NCBI RefSeq assembly: GCF_006345805.1
Contig: NW_021832127.1
Coordinates: forward strand, 124,001-188,000
Length of the DNA: 64,000 nucleotides
Direction: 5' to 3'
From: Octopus sinensis
Lineage: Eukaryota
Positions 39,041 to 50,760 of this stretch are shown here, piece after piece (position 1 is the stretch's first letter; the number at the start of each line of letters is the position of its first letter). The translations under genes and the position numbers were made by a program. The notes under the pieces were generated by a model. It made no database searches, was not told where the DNA came from, and saw only the letters and a program-made list of their open reading frames with translations.

Positions 39041-39595
39041 TTCATTTTAATCAAAATGCAGAAAATAATTTTTTGATTTTTTGGGGGGAAGGTTTTAAGG
39101 ACTTCATCATGTAAGTCGAGGACATTGTAGTTGTTCATTTTAACCAAAATGCAGAAAATTTTTTTTTAATTTTTTGGGGGGGAAGGTTTTAAGGACTTCA
39201 TCATGTAAGTCGAGGACATTGTAGTGTTCATTTTAACCAAAATGCAGAAAATTTTTTTTTAATTTTTTGGGGGGGAAGGTTTTAAGGACTTCATCATGTA
39301 AGTCGAGGACATTGTAGTTGTTCATTTTAACCAAAATGCAGAAAATTTTTTTTTAATTTTTTGGGGGGGAAGGTTTTAAGGACTTCATCATGTAAGTCGA
39401 GGACATTGTAGTTGTTCATTTTAACCAAAATGCAGAAAATTTTTTTTTAATTTTTTGGGGGGGAAGTTTTAAGGACCTCATCATGTAAGTCGAGGACATC
39501 GTAGTTGTTCATTTTAACCAAAATGCAGAAAATTTTTTTTTAATTTTTTTTGGGGGGGAAGGTTTTAAGGACCTCATCATGTAAGTCGAGGACAT
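39041..39595. repeat. 93-94 bp tandem repeat, about 6 copies, inside the Helitron
   Basis: Units start at about 39041, 39134, 39227, 39321, 39415 and 39508. Confidence 0.92.
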
Positions 39596-39621
39596 CGTAT
39601 TGCCAATTTGAAGTTGGGTGC

Positions 39622-39690
39622 ACACACAGACAGACAGACAGACACACAGACAGACAGACACACAGACAGACAGACAGACAGACACACACC
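39622..39690. repeat. (CAGA/CA)n microsatellite near the Helitron 5' end
   Basis: cacacacagacagacagacagacacacagacag... Confidence 0.9.
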
Positions 39691-40016
39691 ATACCATTTT
39701 ATTATTAAGATAAGCTTTCTGCTTTAATTCATCTTTCGCAAAAAAATACTTCAATTCCCATAATTTATTGAATACACGGCATTCGCGGTCAACCTTTCTT
39801 TTCATATTAGACATAGCAACAAAGAAAAATTTAACGTTAATGCTGATAAGTTTTTTTTCGAATTAAATCTTGCAAAATAGTTTAATTTTTTAATTAAAGT
39901 TTTTATTTAAGTTAATTATTAAGGTATTAATTGAATATCTCGAAATAGTGCGCGGGCCGGATAAAATGTTGTCGCGGGCCGGATCCGGCCCGCGGGCCGT
40001 AGTTTGGTGACGTCTG

Positions 40017-41342
40017 TTCTAGATCATAATTATGAAATTCTTGATTAATCACTGTATACATATTCGTTTGTATTTCATCATACAAAGGATACTTTCTGTT
40101 TGAAACATTTCCATCATAATCATGTCTAATAATCACTTTATCTCCCACGTTTATATTTTCCTCATCATATTGCCATTTTCTTTTTTTCTTCATTTTCTCG
40201 CCTGCTTTTTGAAGATTTTCCAGAATCTTCATATTCTGCTGGTCATCTTCCGAGCATTCATTTTTTTCGTAATTTATTTCTTCTTCTGGGTCAGTTCCAT
40301 CGAATGCCATTAATGCATTTATTTCATTTTCGTCTGGTCTTTTTTTAATTCCCATAAAACTTCGAAAAGGAATATTCTTGGTCGTGTCATGTTTTGTTCG
40401 ATTGTAATCATATACGATCCTCTTTATAATGTTGAAGTAAACTCCAAAACTTCCAGCTGAAGCACTTGTTGAGGATATCCACCGTTTAATTGATTGGTTG
40501 AACCTTTTTATTATAGCTTTAAAATAAACCTTTCAACTTGTCCTTGTACCCAAGATGCTCTAGGTCTTCCACAGATATGCTTTATTTTAAAAAATTCACA
40601 CAGCTTATCCATTTCAGAATTGCGAAACTCTCTTCCGTTATCAGTTTGGAGAATGACTGGTTCTCCAATAACGTAAAAAATATTCTCAAGTAGAGATGAA
40701 ATTTCCAATGCACTTTTATTCTTTGCTAATTCTACAACAGCATACTTTAAAGAAAAGAAAATGAGAGAACAAGTATCCGAACTAATTAAGAAGATCATTG
40801 TCTCCAGAAAACCCTTTCCATTGAAGATCCAACAGGGAATGTGCACAAGTCTGAGTCGTCGCCGTTATGTTCGGAAAGGGGAGTAGAACCGACTCCGTTA
40901 CAACAGACATATGCATACATCTGAAGGAAATCCTTGGATTAGGTGATTCTGGTGGCCAACGCAACACACCAATAGAAACCAACGAGCGCAACCGCGTGTA
41001 ATTAAGAAGATCATTGTCTCCAGAAAACCCTTTCCATTGAAGATCCAACAGGGAATGTGCACAAGTCTGAGTCGTCGCCGTTATGTTCGGAAAGGGGAGT
41101 AGAACCGACGGTAAACAGTATACTTAGTAAACGAATCAATGACCACTAGAACCTTCATATAAATAATTATTTAAGTTTACCCACGAGTTTGATCGATTTA
41201 TTTCTGAATATCTTCTGAGATCTATAAGATCTGCGATATAACGGTCTCTAGGACCTCTGGAAGCGGGAATTGAGGGTGGAAGATTAGTCTGCTCGGGTAG
41301 GTTAGGCACGAGACATTTTGGGCACTTCCAGCATTGGATCAT
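40017..41342 (-). mobile_element. Ginger-like integrase remnant with short introns
   Basis: RYIADLIDL...W|VLVVIDSFTKY (28-nt intron at 41153-41180), GEPVILQTDNGREF, and QGQVER|FNQSIKRW (26-nt intron at 40504-40529). Interrupted at 40787-41109 and truncated by the hAT at 40016. Confidence 0.8.
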
Positions 41343-41843
41343 AGCGGAACTGGCCCTAGAAAGACCGGCGCAGGATAAGTGAAAATACAGAGAACAAGAA
41401 GAGCACGTGCGGCCCTCTTACGAGAATTGGATGTTTGGCAAGAAAAACAAGATGACATGAGAAAAGAAACAATGAATGAATTATTGATGAGATAAAGAAA
41501 AAAAGAAGCAACAATAGATTATTGAATAACAAATGAACAGAAAAAGTGCACCACAACAACAACGTATGTTTCGAATATGGGTAAATCCTCCCGTAAATCG
41601 GTCAGTCCGTGCTGTTTGTTTAATCGCATTGTGAGCTAATCCAATAGCCTCACTCTGGGTTGTAAGTATTTCGGAGTAATTGGAATTCATTATAAAAGAA
41701 AATACTGGATGTTTATCCAATTTAATACCATGCTTTCTCCGGACCCAATTTTTGCAACTTATCTTGTATAGGTTACAATAGTGTAGAAATCTATTTCAAA
41801 CGTATAGATTCCTCCATTGTAAACAAGTACAAGAAAACAAATA

Positions 41844-42928
41844 CAGTAAAGTCTCTCGAATCCGCCAATTTCGGGGATCGGCAAAATCTGGCGGATTCGA
41901 GAATTTGGCGGATTCGAGAGACTTATCGATTTTTTAATCCATTAATAATTTAAATTATTAAGCCAAAATAATAAATTAAAAACAAAAAAATCAGTAAGTT
42001 TCGACTTGTTTCTTCTTAGAGTTTGGATCATTGAAGATCCAATGTTTTCAATATACTCAAGATTTTCTACATTAAAGAATTCTTCTTGATTATAGAACTC
42101 TTTTAATTTGTTTAAAGCGATAAAAGCCTCGTTAATGGTAACAACTTTCTGACTTTGTTCACACGGTTCTTCGCTAATTTCTTGTTCTATTTTTTCTGAA
42201 TTATTTAATTCAAGTTCTTCACTTTCATTATATTCAATCTCAATATAAAGACTTTCTTCTAACGGATCAATAATATTCATTTTTCCAGAATATTATCATA
42301 ATGTTCAATTAAGGGATTTTCATAATTAATATTTTCATTGTTTTGAGTACATTTTGCATGAATGGAACAATTTAAAATTAAGGAACTTTCTATTTTATTC
42401 CAAGCATAATATGTAAATAATATTGAATCTTTTATGCTTAGTTTCCCGCAAACAATATTTAAAGTTTGTTTGCGGGAAATGTCAGATCTTAGGTTATGAA
42501 ACATAATGTTAGATCCTCTTTTACTTTTCAGATCATCAATAGATCGGCGAGAAACAGGCAAGTTGTATTTTTTTGAAAAAATCTCAGAAATTTTTAGTGA
42601 AGATAATTCATTATTTGTTTGAATAAAATTCAAAATCTCAATTTTTTGATTGTTTTTTAGTCTTGTACAGTTACGTTTCATTAATACAACAACAAAGACA
42701 GATGTAACGTGTTAATAAATTGATTATATATCAGTAAATTTAATTAAAAATTTATTTAAAATTAGGACACATGGCGGATTCATTATAAAAAATATGGCGG
42801 ATTCGAGAATTTGGCGGATTCGAGAATTTTTCTAGGAAAAATGGCGGATAAGAGAATTTATTAATTATAATTGGCGGATTCGAGGGTATGGCGGATTCGA
42901 GAGTCGGCGGATTCGAGAGACTTTACTG
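41844..42928 (-). mobile_element. Internally deleted pogo/Tigger transposon
   Basis: TIRs cagtaaagtctctcgaatccgcc at both ends with TA TSDs. The CENP-B-type HTH (LKNNQKIEIL...RRSIDDL) is joined to the C-terminal AWNKI region. Multiple subterminal GGCGGATTCGAG copies. Confidence 0.9.
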
Positions 42929-43160
42929 TATATCGATAATTGTTCTGGGAGTAGAAAATTTGATAATATTTCATTTATTAAATTATTCAACATAATTGGG
43001 TTCACATTACAAGATAGTCTAGAAAACAAATAAATTCAAAAGTATGAAAAATAACGAGAAATTTCTTGTTCCAAAAAATAAAAAACATTCATGTTCGCCG
43101 AAAAACCAATGATTGCGTTATTGGTAATCTGGGAAATTTTGGTGTTATTATCTGTATCTG

Positions 43161-43563
43161 ATATTTTAATACTAAAAATTCATTACCGGTTTCGTCGGGA
43201 GCATTCGCAGAAAAAGTCACTCGTGTATCTGCCGCGAAAACAACTCCCCCCAAATATGGAATTGTTACTACTGTTGTAAAACTTATAGTATTCTAAAACA
43301 AAATTATAAAATTCTAAGCCACTATTTGAAACATTTTTATCAACTGACATGTGGAATGTTCATATTTTAATACTAAAAATTTATTACCGCTTTCGTCGGA
43401 GCATTTGCAGAAAAAGTCACTCGTGTATCTGACGCGAAAACAACTCCCCCCAAATATGGAATTGTTACTACTGTTGTAAAACTTATAGTATTCTAAAACA
43501 AAACTATAAAATTCTAAGCCACTATTTGAAACATTTTTATCAACTGACACGTGGAATGTTCAT
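43161..43563. repeat. 201-bp tandem duplication covering the first two exons of the proteasome-like gene
   Basis: 43161-43361 and 43362-43563 are near-identical. Confidence 0.9.
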
Positions 43564-43599
43564 AAATATCACTTTAATCACGATCAAAGGTTGTGGATA

Positions 43600-43820
43600 A
43601 AACTTCAAAGATTATAGAGTCTCAAATTTCAGTATGGTTATGAATCATATTTTCAAAAAAAGTTTGAAAATGGACATTCCTTAATTTGAACAGCGGAATA
43701 TTTGCTTTGGTCATCACTTCGACCAAACTAATTGCGAAAGATTCTTTGGAAACCACATCTTTAGAAATCAACTTCATTTTCCTGATTCTAATCTCTTTTT
43801 TTGTTTCAATGAGTGCTTTA
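43600..43820 (-). mobile_element. CGGBP-like hAT transposase fragment
   Basis: SFAISLVEVMTKANIPLFKLRNVHFQTFL resembles the ANIPLxKL motif of CGGBP/hAT N-termini. Confidence 0.5.
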
Positions 43821-44465
43821 TTATTAATTTAATTATATGACTTTAATTAAATTTTGGTTTCGTAAATAAATTGATGATTTATGACTTTATGAAAAAAATA
43901 CGACCTTATAAAAATATGACATTAATGACCTATAAAACTATATATCGAAAGTAAATAAAAATATAATAATAATTTAAAATGATGGAAATAATAAACTAAC
44001 AATTCTTTTTTGATATGACTTTAATGACTTTTGTTTGCCCTAGTTATGAGAAATGAGATAAAAGAAAAATAGACAATAACTCTCTTTCAAGAAGCAAAAC
44101 ATTTCTTATTATTAAAACCAAGATCACCGTCCAAAACATATAACTATTTAATCTGGTGATCCAGGCTTCTCTGAGGAGGGTCTTCATCTTGCCCGGTGCT
44201 GCCCTCTAGTCCCGACACAATTTTTATGAGGGCGCGGTGGTGGAGTTTTAGGGCTTTTAGGCCCATTGTTCTTTCCCAAAATTTCTTTAAATGAGACGAT
44301 GGATAGATGCTCATTCGGTCCTTGTAGTGCTTTCCAAAATCTTTCTTGATTTTTTTCGATTTTTTCACCGTTCATTTTACTGACAAACCTTCCCCACGCC
44401 TTACAAGCATAACTAATGGAGGGTTCGATGTATTGCCAGTAGATTGATTGGCGTGTGGGGAAGTA

Positions 44466-44993
44466 CAGTGCAACCCCTTATTGGGGCGACCCCGGACGTG
44501 GGGCACCCTCGGGTTTTGGGGCAATTTGAATTTTTATTAGGAGTTTTTCTGTTTATTCTTTATAAGATAAACCCCGTTATGGGACATTTAATATTTTATA
44601 TATTTTTTAGTTATAATTTTTGAATTTTATTTTATAATGACTAATAATAACGTGTTTCTGTTGTTTTGATGGATGTAATTTTGATGGATGTGAAGGTTCT
44701 GATGGCTTCAGAGAACCCGATAATAGTGATAAACATTCATTTCTCGACAAGGTCGTTTTGGATCGATTAATTTGACAATGGATCGATTAATTCAAAAGTA
44801 CCAATTCGGAGCGAAAATAACGGATCATTTGCCGACAAGTAAAGACTAAAATTGTTAAATGAAATTAAGAATAAACATCTTTTGGTTTTAAATTAACAAA
44901 ACGTTAGTTTTTTTCGTTAATATTAGAAAACCCCTCTATCTGGGGAAACCCCTGTTTTTGGGACACTAGGTGCCCCAAAAAGAGGTTAGACTG
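44466..44993 (+). mobile_element. pogo/Tigger-like miniature element
   Basis: TA|cagtgcaaccccttattggggc ... gccccaaaaagaggttagactg|TA: imperfect TIRs. Confidence 0.65.
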
Positions 44994-45199
44994 TATGGGG
45001 AAAATATTTTTTCTTGTTTTGAATATATTCGATTTATTTAGTAATTGTACATATTTTTTATTAAAAAGAAAATGAATTGGTCCAAACATGAGTTTTTAAT
45101 ACCATTACTGTTTGAAAGCATTACAATTCTAGTTTGATCGGTTAATAAAAAAAATAATTTTTTTCTGCAAAGAGGATTAATTCGATGGATAATTAATTT

Positions 45200-45305
45200 A
45201 TTCTTTTAGCCGAAGGGAGGGCCAGCGCCCTGACGGATTGCCAAACTGTTCTCCCTGAGAACGGCGATCGATAACCGCTGGAAAAGCCAGTTCACGTCCC
45301 GAGTT
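45200..45305 (-). mobile_element. CRE-like 3'-terminal fragment
   Basis: RDVNWLFQRLSIAVLRENSLAIRQGAG. Confidence 0.75.
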
Positions 45306-45890
45306 TGCATCATTTTTAAGATCTTTTTGGATTTTACTCCTATAATCTGCATCCTTCACTTTTTGAAATTTTTTAATCTGATTTTTTTAATATGCACTTT
45401 TTAAATCTTTTTTGAAATTTAATTTAGTTGATGGAGTAGCATTATATGCAGATATAATATGGGAAAATTCTCCCGTAAATCGGTCAATCCGTACTGTGGG
45501 AATTCCCCTGAGCATATTCGTTGGATAGGATTTGTGTTTGGACTGACCATTTTAAACTTTATCTAAAAGCAGAACAAGAAAAAGTCGCAAACTTTTATTA
45601 ATTATTTTTGTTATAGTTAAATTTACTCTTGTACGTAGAGTGCCATAATTACCTCGAGTGATCACCGACTACTGGCTGCACGCCTCATTTTAAAACGACG
45701 CTTTGGAATCTCCCGAGTACTTGCAGCTCGTACACAGGACAGGAACTTGGCCGTTGAGAGCTTATGTGTTTCAGATCACACATGTATAAAGTACGGTGAG
45801 AAAATACTTAAACTGTTGGACTTTTTACAACGGGGAAGTCTGGATGAGATTAAATACCCGCCATAGACTGCATTAATACCATTTATATTT

Positions 45891-46498
45891 TGTCGCGAGC
45901 GCAGCGAGCGACCGAGCGCAGCGAGCGACCACTCAATTTCTAGATCCGATCAATCAAAAAATCTATAAATTGACAAATACCCAGGATTGTATTTGGGATT
46001 AAATATATTCGATAACAAAAATTAAAATCGATGCCAAAGCAGAATGAGCTTTAAAACCGATTTCATAAATAAAAATAATATTTTAAAATTTATAATTGAT
46101 ATTTTAGAATAATGAGAAAAAATCTAAATGCTTCATAATTTATAAAAATGTCAAAACAAGAATCTTCTGAAGGAGCAAGCCTGTCTGCACAGTTCATTTT
46201 TGATTAGAAGACCTAATTTTAGAGATTAAAACGAAAAAATAGCAATGAGATCTGTCAAATTATTACCCCCCTCACAACCTAAACCAAATTAGCGTTCAGT
46301 ATTCATTGATTTTACTTTTTCTATTAAGGTCTACTTATAAATTATTTTATGGGATTCAATGGAAAACTTAAGTTATTTCAATTTTAATTTTAAATCATGT
46401 TAAAATTTTAAATAATTTAATAAATATATTTGTTGATGATAGGCTTGTTAGGTGTCAAAGTTGCGTCTAGCGCTCGGTCGCGCGCTGCGCTCGCGACA
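45891..46498. mobile_element. 608-bp non-autonomous TIR element with TGT...ACA ends and a 5-bp TSD (Ginger2-like?)
   Basis: 29-bp TIR tgtcgcgagcgcagcg(a/c)gcgaccgagcgc with 1 mismatch; TSD tattt on both sides. The uninterrupted host sequence is at 58498-58743. Confidence 0.85.
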
Positions 46499-47329
46499 TA
46501 TTTCAATTCTTTAAAATCAATTTTTATTAAAATAAATATTCGAGTCCGTGTTTCAACTTTATTGGTGATAATAAGTTTTCCAAAACTTAGGGGCTCCCCA
46601 TTTTTGTAAAATCTCTCCAGTACGAAGCCCTTGGAGAATACACTCAACAGGAGCTTTGCGAAATCACAACCACACCCAGTACGGGATTTAAAATTTAATA
46701 TTAAAACCTCGACAATAATTTTTAATATTAAAATCTTGACAAAAATTTGAATAAATAAAACTATATACGTTGTGTTGTGTGTGCTTTGCTGTATGCACAT
46801 CAGTGGCGGTTTGTAATATCAACTATTATTTTTAGGACGAGTTACAAACTCCCGTAGATTTGATCCACTGGGAATTATCTCAGGAGTATACACCTTTCTA
46901 TCTGAATTGTATTTCATTATATATTACATTATTTAGCATCACAACTCTGTTCGAAGTAAATTAATTAAATAATTAATTAGCCTTTAATTACCTCTCTATC
47001 GACTGGAAATTCTAACAGGAATAATAGACAGTATTGTTCATAGTTATTGCTTTTAGAAGAGGGAGGACAATTGGGCAAATATCCAGTGATCGTGGGCCTC
47101 CTCCTCCACCATGTGGTGGTGGTGGATGAGGTTAAGCTTGTCTTCACGTGCCATGGTGTTGTTGTCCTTGTGATATTGCACTGGCAAACTTCTCCGAAGA
47201 CCGTGTAATTGACGGACGATTACATTTGGCATTTTAATTAATTTTATTGTTAAAGATTTATTTTATTATTTTTAATGTTTTTTTTATTTATTTTAAAATT
47301 TTGTTTTTAATAGAATTGATTAACATATA

Positions 47330-48754
47330 CAGTGCTCGTCAAAAAAAATTGCTCAGCCATTTTTTCATGCTTTTATTGACAAATTAATAAAAATTTAATC
47401 TTACGCTTCATTTTTTTCTAATTCTTAGTATATTAATTTATTAATGCGATTTTATTTCAATATAAGGTTAAAGCATAAAAATTTAAATCTCGTGACAAAA
47501 AACATTGCTCACTTTTCTTGTTATTGCATATGCCACGTTCTCCCAAGAAACAGTTAACTGAATTTAAAAAAGGGATGATTATTGCGTACTTTAAGAGGGT
47601 AAATCAATCAGAGAATCTCAAAAATACTTAATTTCCGTATTTCACAATTTCATTTAATATTCAAAAATTTCGAGAATTTGGACCTGCATCGGAGACCGGG
47701 CTTAGGACGTCTTCCGAAACTAAGTTCCCTCCAAATACAATACAATTTTTATGTAATGAAACCGAATCACATCCTACATTGTTGGCAGTGGATTTGTCCA
47801 CAAAACTAAAGAAACTTTTAATATTGATGTTTCCCCTAGGACAATTCTGAGAACTTTGAATAAAAATGGGGTATATTGTCGTGTAGCAAAAGAAAGCCAT
47901 TGCTTTCTCAAAAAATATTATTTCGAGATGGTCTGCGTCACTAAGATTTTTATCGATATCTGATAGTACATGGAAATCGGTGATATTCTCAGATGAGTCA
48001 ATGTTCGATTTTTTAACAACAGAAAACATCAGCTTGTTTACAGAAAAAATAAAACGGAGTTAAAAAATGCACATTTGCTGCCGACTGTTAAGTTCGGATT
48101 AGGGAGAGTTATGATTTGGGGCTGTATATCGTATAGTGGTGTAGGCAATTGGTTTTTATCGTAGAAACTATGAACTCTGGATATTATATAACTTTACTGT
48201 CTAATAATCTGGACCAATCAGCTGAAAAAATGGGCTTATCCTCGTTTATTTTTCAACAGGATAATGCTTCATGCCATACATCTCGTATGGTTAAGGCATA
48301 TTTCGAGACCAAAAAATATATTATTCTTGATTGGCCATCGCAATCACGGATCTTAACCCAATAGAGCATGTATGGTGCTTTATGAAAGAGAATTAGCTAA
48401 AAATCCCCCGAAAGTAAGAGGATCAAAAGACATATCATGAAAATTTGGCAGTCAATTCCTAAAGCTTTTTTACAAAACTTAGTAAATTCAATGAGAAAAA
48501 AAAGTTATTCTTTATATTTAGAAAGGGGAGGACATATTAATTACTGATAATGAGATTTCCAAATTTGTGCTAATGTTTTTTGTCTTGCAATTTTTTGTTT
48601 TTGTTTAAGTTTGTAAATAAAAAAGAAAAAATTTATTATACAAATTAAGGTATAATAATAAAATACTACTTAAAGATGTTTACAAAAAAATAAATCAGAA
48701 TAATGCTATATAAAGACATAAACATTGGTGAGCAATTTTTTTTGACGACCACTG
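47330..48754 (+). mobile_element. Full-length degenerate Tc1-like transposon
   Basis: 26-bp TIRs cagtg(c/g)tcgtcaaaaaaaattgctca with TA TSDs. MPRSPKKQLTEFKKG, WKSVIFSDES, VMIWGCI, FQQDNASCH and WPSQS motifs, with frameshifts. Confidence 0.92.
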
Positions 48755-48825
48755 TAGATATTGTTTTGGTTGGTATATATTGCTATATTTTTATTAATTT
48801 TTTGTTTAAATTTTGTTTTTAGATA

Positions 48826-49164
48826 ATGACAAATTCTGACAATATAAGTAATGAGTTGTATATTCATTATAATTATACATTTGATGAAAATACTTCCAGA
48901 TTATTAATCGAAGGTATTATATTGTTAACTAATGTAGATTTACCCCAATATGATAAGGAAGGAAACATAATTTACATGGGTTTTACTTATCAAAATTATT
49001 CGCAAATATTTCCCTATCTGATTGTTTCTTTATTTTTCATTATTGCACTTATTTGTATTTTCATTTTCTACGCGAAAAAAAATCAGTTAGTTATTCAACA
49101 TAAACTTTTAGCAGTTTCAGAAAAGGGGCTATTTCAAATGAACACTTCAGTTAATCACTATTGA
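48826..49164 (+). CDS. Uncharacterised ORF or exon with one predicted transmembrane segment
   Basis: 112-aa ORF with IFPYLIVSLFFIIALICIFIFY followed by basic residues, preceded by a possible acceptor ttttag. No family recognised. Confidence 0.3.
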   Translation: MTNSDNISNELYIHYNYTFDENTSRLLIEGIILLTNVDLPQYDKEGNIIYMGFTYQNYSQIFPYLIVSLFFIIALICIFIFYAKKNQLVIQHKLLAVSEKGLFQMNTSVNHY

Positions 49165-49809
49165 TCTTTTATTTTTTATGTCAATAAATTCAATAAATAA
49201 ATCAATTTACTACATTCTACAAGGATGATATTTTTATAGACAAATAAATTTAAGTTAAATATATTTTATATAAATCACGATATTTGATGACTGTTTTCTT
49301 TTAAATCACTTTCTGACGGAGTTGATTCTATTTGTATTTAAACTTGGCATTCTGTTCATCCAAACATTTAAAGAGTCAAATGTAGCAATTTAAAATTAAT
49401 CTTATTCAGGAGATAATTTTCTTTAATGTTCATGAAAGTTTTAATAGTCATGTTCTCTTTGTTAACAATTGAATACAGTCGAACTTGCCTAAACCGGTCT
49501 CTGAATATACTGGATCTCTCCCTATATCAGCCGTTTTCTCTTGTTTCATTTTTTTCATGAGTCATAGCTAGGGCAACCAAAAAATAGCAAAATTTTTAAA
49601 AAAAATAGCAAATAATAGCATTTTTCGAAATTTTAAACTTCAAGGCTATGATTCATAGCGTTCAACTCATTATCAATCTTCTTGTTGCAAGCATGTTACA
49701 AACGTGTTCCTTGGTCGCTCTAGATACCCATGACTTCCGGTGTGGAAATATTCACCTATTATTTTGTTACATGGCGTAGTATTGTCCAGTTTAAGGATAT
49801 GTCTTAATT

Positions 49810-50345
49810 CGAAAAAAACTTATCAGCATTAACATTAGATTTTTGTTTGTTGCTATGCCTAATATAAAAAAGTTTTTTTGCGAAAGATGAATTAAAGCAG
49901 AAAGCTTATTGTTTAATATGCCACGAACATCTCTCTGTTATGAAGGAGTATAACATTCGACGTCACTATAAAACGAATCATGCTCCGATATATTCCAAGT
50001 ACACTGGAAAGCTACGTGAGGATAAAGTTGAATCACTGAAGCGTACTTTACAAATTCAATAAGGCCTTATAAAAAAATTTTAAAATAATGAAAATGTAAC
50101 TGGATACGAGATAACGAAAATTATTCGGTCCGGCTCTTCGGTTCTCCGTGATGGCTTAGCTGTGGTAATGTATTAAATAGATTTTATAATCTTCGAAGTG
50201 AGATTGATAATTTTCTAACCAGTAAAAATAACTATTATCCCGAATTATCAGATCTTGCTTGGCTATCAAAATTATCATTTTTGGTTGATGTTACAACTCA
50301 CATGAATGAGCTAAATCTGAAATTACGAGGAAAGGAAATCTAGAC
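49810..50345 (+). mobile_element. Charlie-type hAT fragment, same family as 37230-40016
   Basis: DELKQKAYCLICHEHLSVMKEYNIRRHY, then WLSCGNVLNRF...FLVDVTTHMNELNLKL. Confidence 0.85.
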
Positions 50346-50359
50346 TCTAGATTTACATA

Positions 50360-50760
50360 TATTGTATAATTTTTCATTTGAGATTTTTGTTGGTTTCTAT
50401 AAATCGTTTTTTGAAGGTCCCGCATGTTCCAGAATTAGAGAGCAATATTGGTTTCACAAAAATATCTGTAATCTGATGCGAATTTTCAGTGAAAATGCTT
50501 TTTTCTTATCCAGATACTGTGCATTTTTTAAAGAAGGTGGTGACAAGCATCCTTCTGCGGTAAACATCTTTGGTATCCTCAAGTAGTGACCCAAGTTTTG
50601 TTGTATACCTTTAGTGCTCGTCATTTATTGATTTTTTCTTTGATTCGTGTACTCGTAAATAACATTTATTCAAGAAAATTTTTGGCCTTGAGTAAAACTT
50701 AGTCAAGTATTTTCTGGTCAGTAGAGACAAAGTCTACACTGTCGGCATATAAAGTGCCCA
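50360..50760 (-). mobile_element. Possible piggyBac-like transposase 3' remnant
   Basis: Weak VD..DQ...Y..R and NxxVIY similarity plus a Cys-rich tail; highly degenerate. Confidence 0.3.

Larger units (their letters stand above)
37928..39710 (-). mobile_element. Non-autonomous Helitron (1783 bp) retaining the RepHel helicase C-terminus
   Basis: 5' A|TC at 39710 and 3' hairpin (gcggtgagcgaagcgagctgc) plus CTAG|T at 37928, with no TSD. 38040-38227 encodes FAMTINKAQGQSL..VGLFLESECFSHGQLYV..SRVG..TNIVY. The empty site is at about 49900. Confidence 0.93.
37230..40016 (-). mobile_element. Internally deleted Charlie-type hAT transposon hosting a Helitron
   Basis: The 5' end cagacgtcaccaaactacggcccgcgggccggatcc is flanked by ttctagat. 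N-terminus MSNMKRKVDRECRVFNKLWELKYFF; C-terminus ISIFGTTYQCEQTFSRMKYVKS. The 3' TIR is missing. Confidence 0.85.
41481..43563 (-). pseudogene. Divergent proteasome beta-subunit-like (Ntn hydrolase) pseudogene, split by a pogo element
   Basis: MFQI|NTISF-TTVVTIPYLGGVVFAADTRVT (Thr1/Asp17/Arg19 spacing), then TKISQITNNAIIGFS, KIGSG and SEAIGLAHNAIKQTARTDRFTGGFTHI. Introns of 30 and 29 nt; an in-frame stop and a frameshift occur near GSG. Confidence 0.75.

Noticed and set aside
39041-39595. CRISPR-like array
   Set aside because: The units are contiguous near-identical repeats with no unique spacers, no cas genes are present, and the context is a eukaryotic Helitron.
39509-39814. 101-aa ORF as a real protein
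   Set aside because: It is a read-through from the hAT N-terminus into the Helitron microsatellite.
47661-48029. Minus-strand ORF (and similar antisense ORFs over the LINEs, hATs and CRE elements)
   Set aside because: These are shadows of transposase or RT sequence on the opposite strand.
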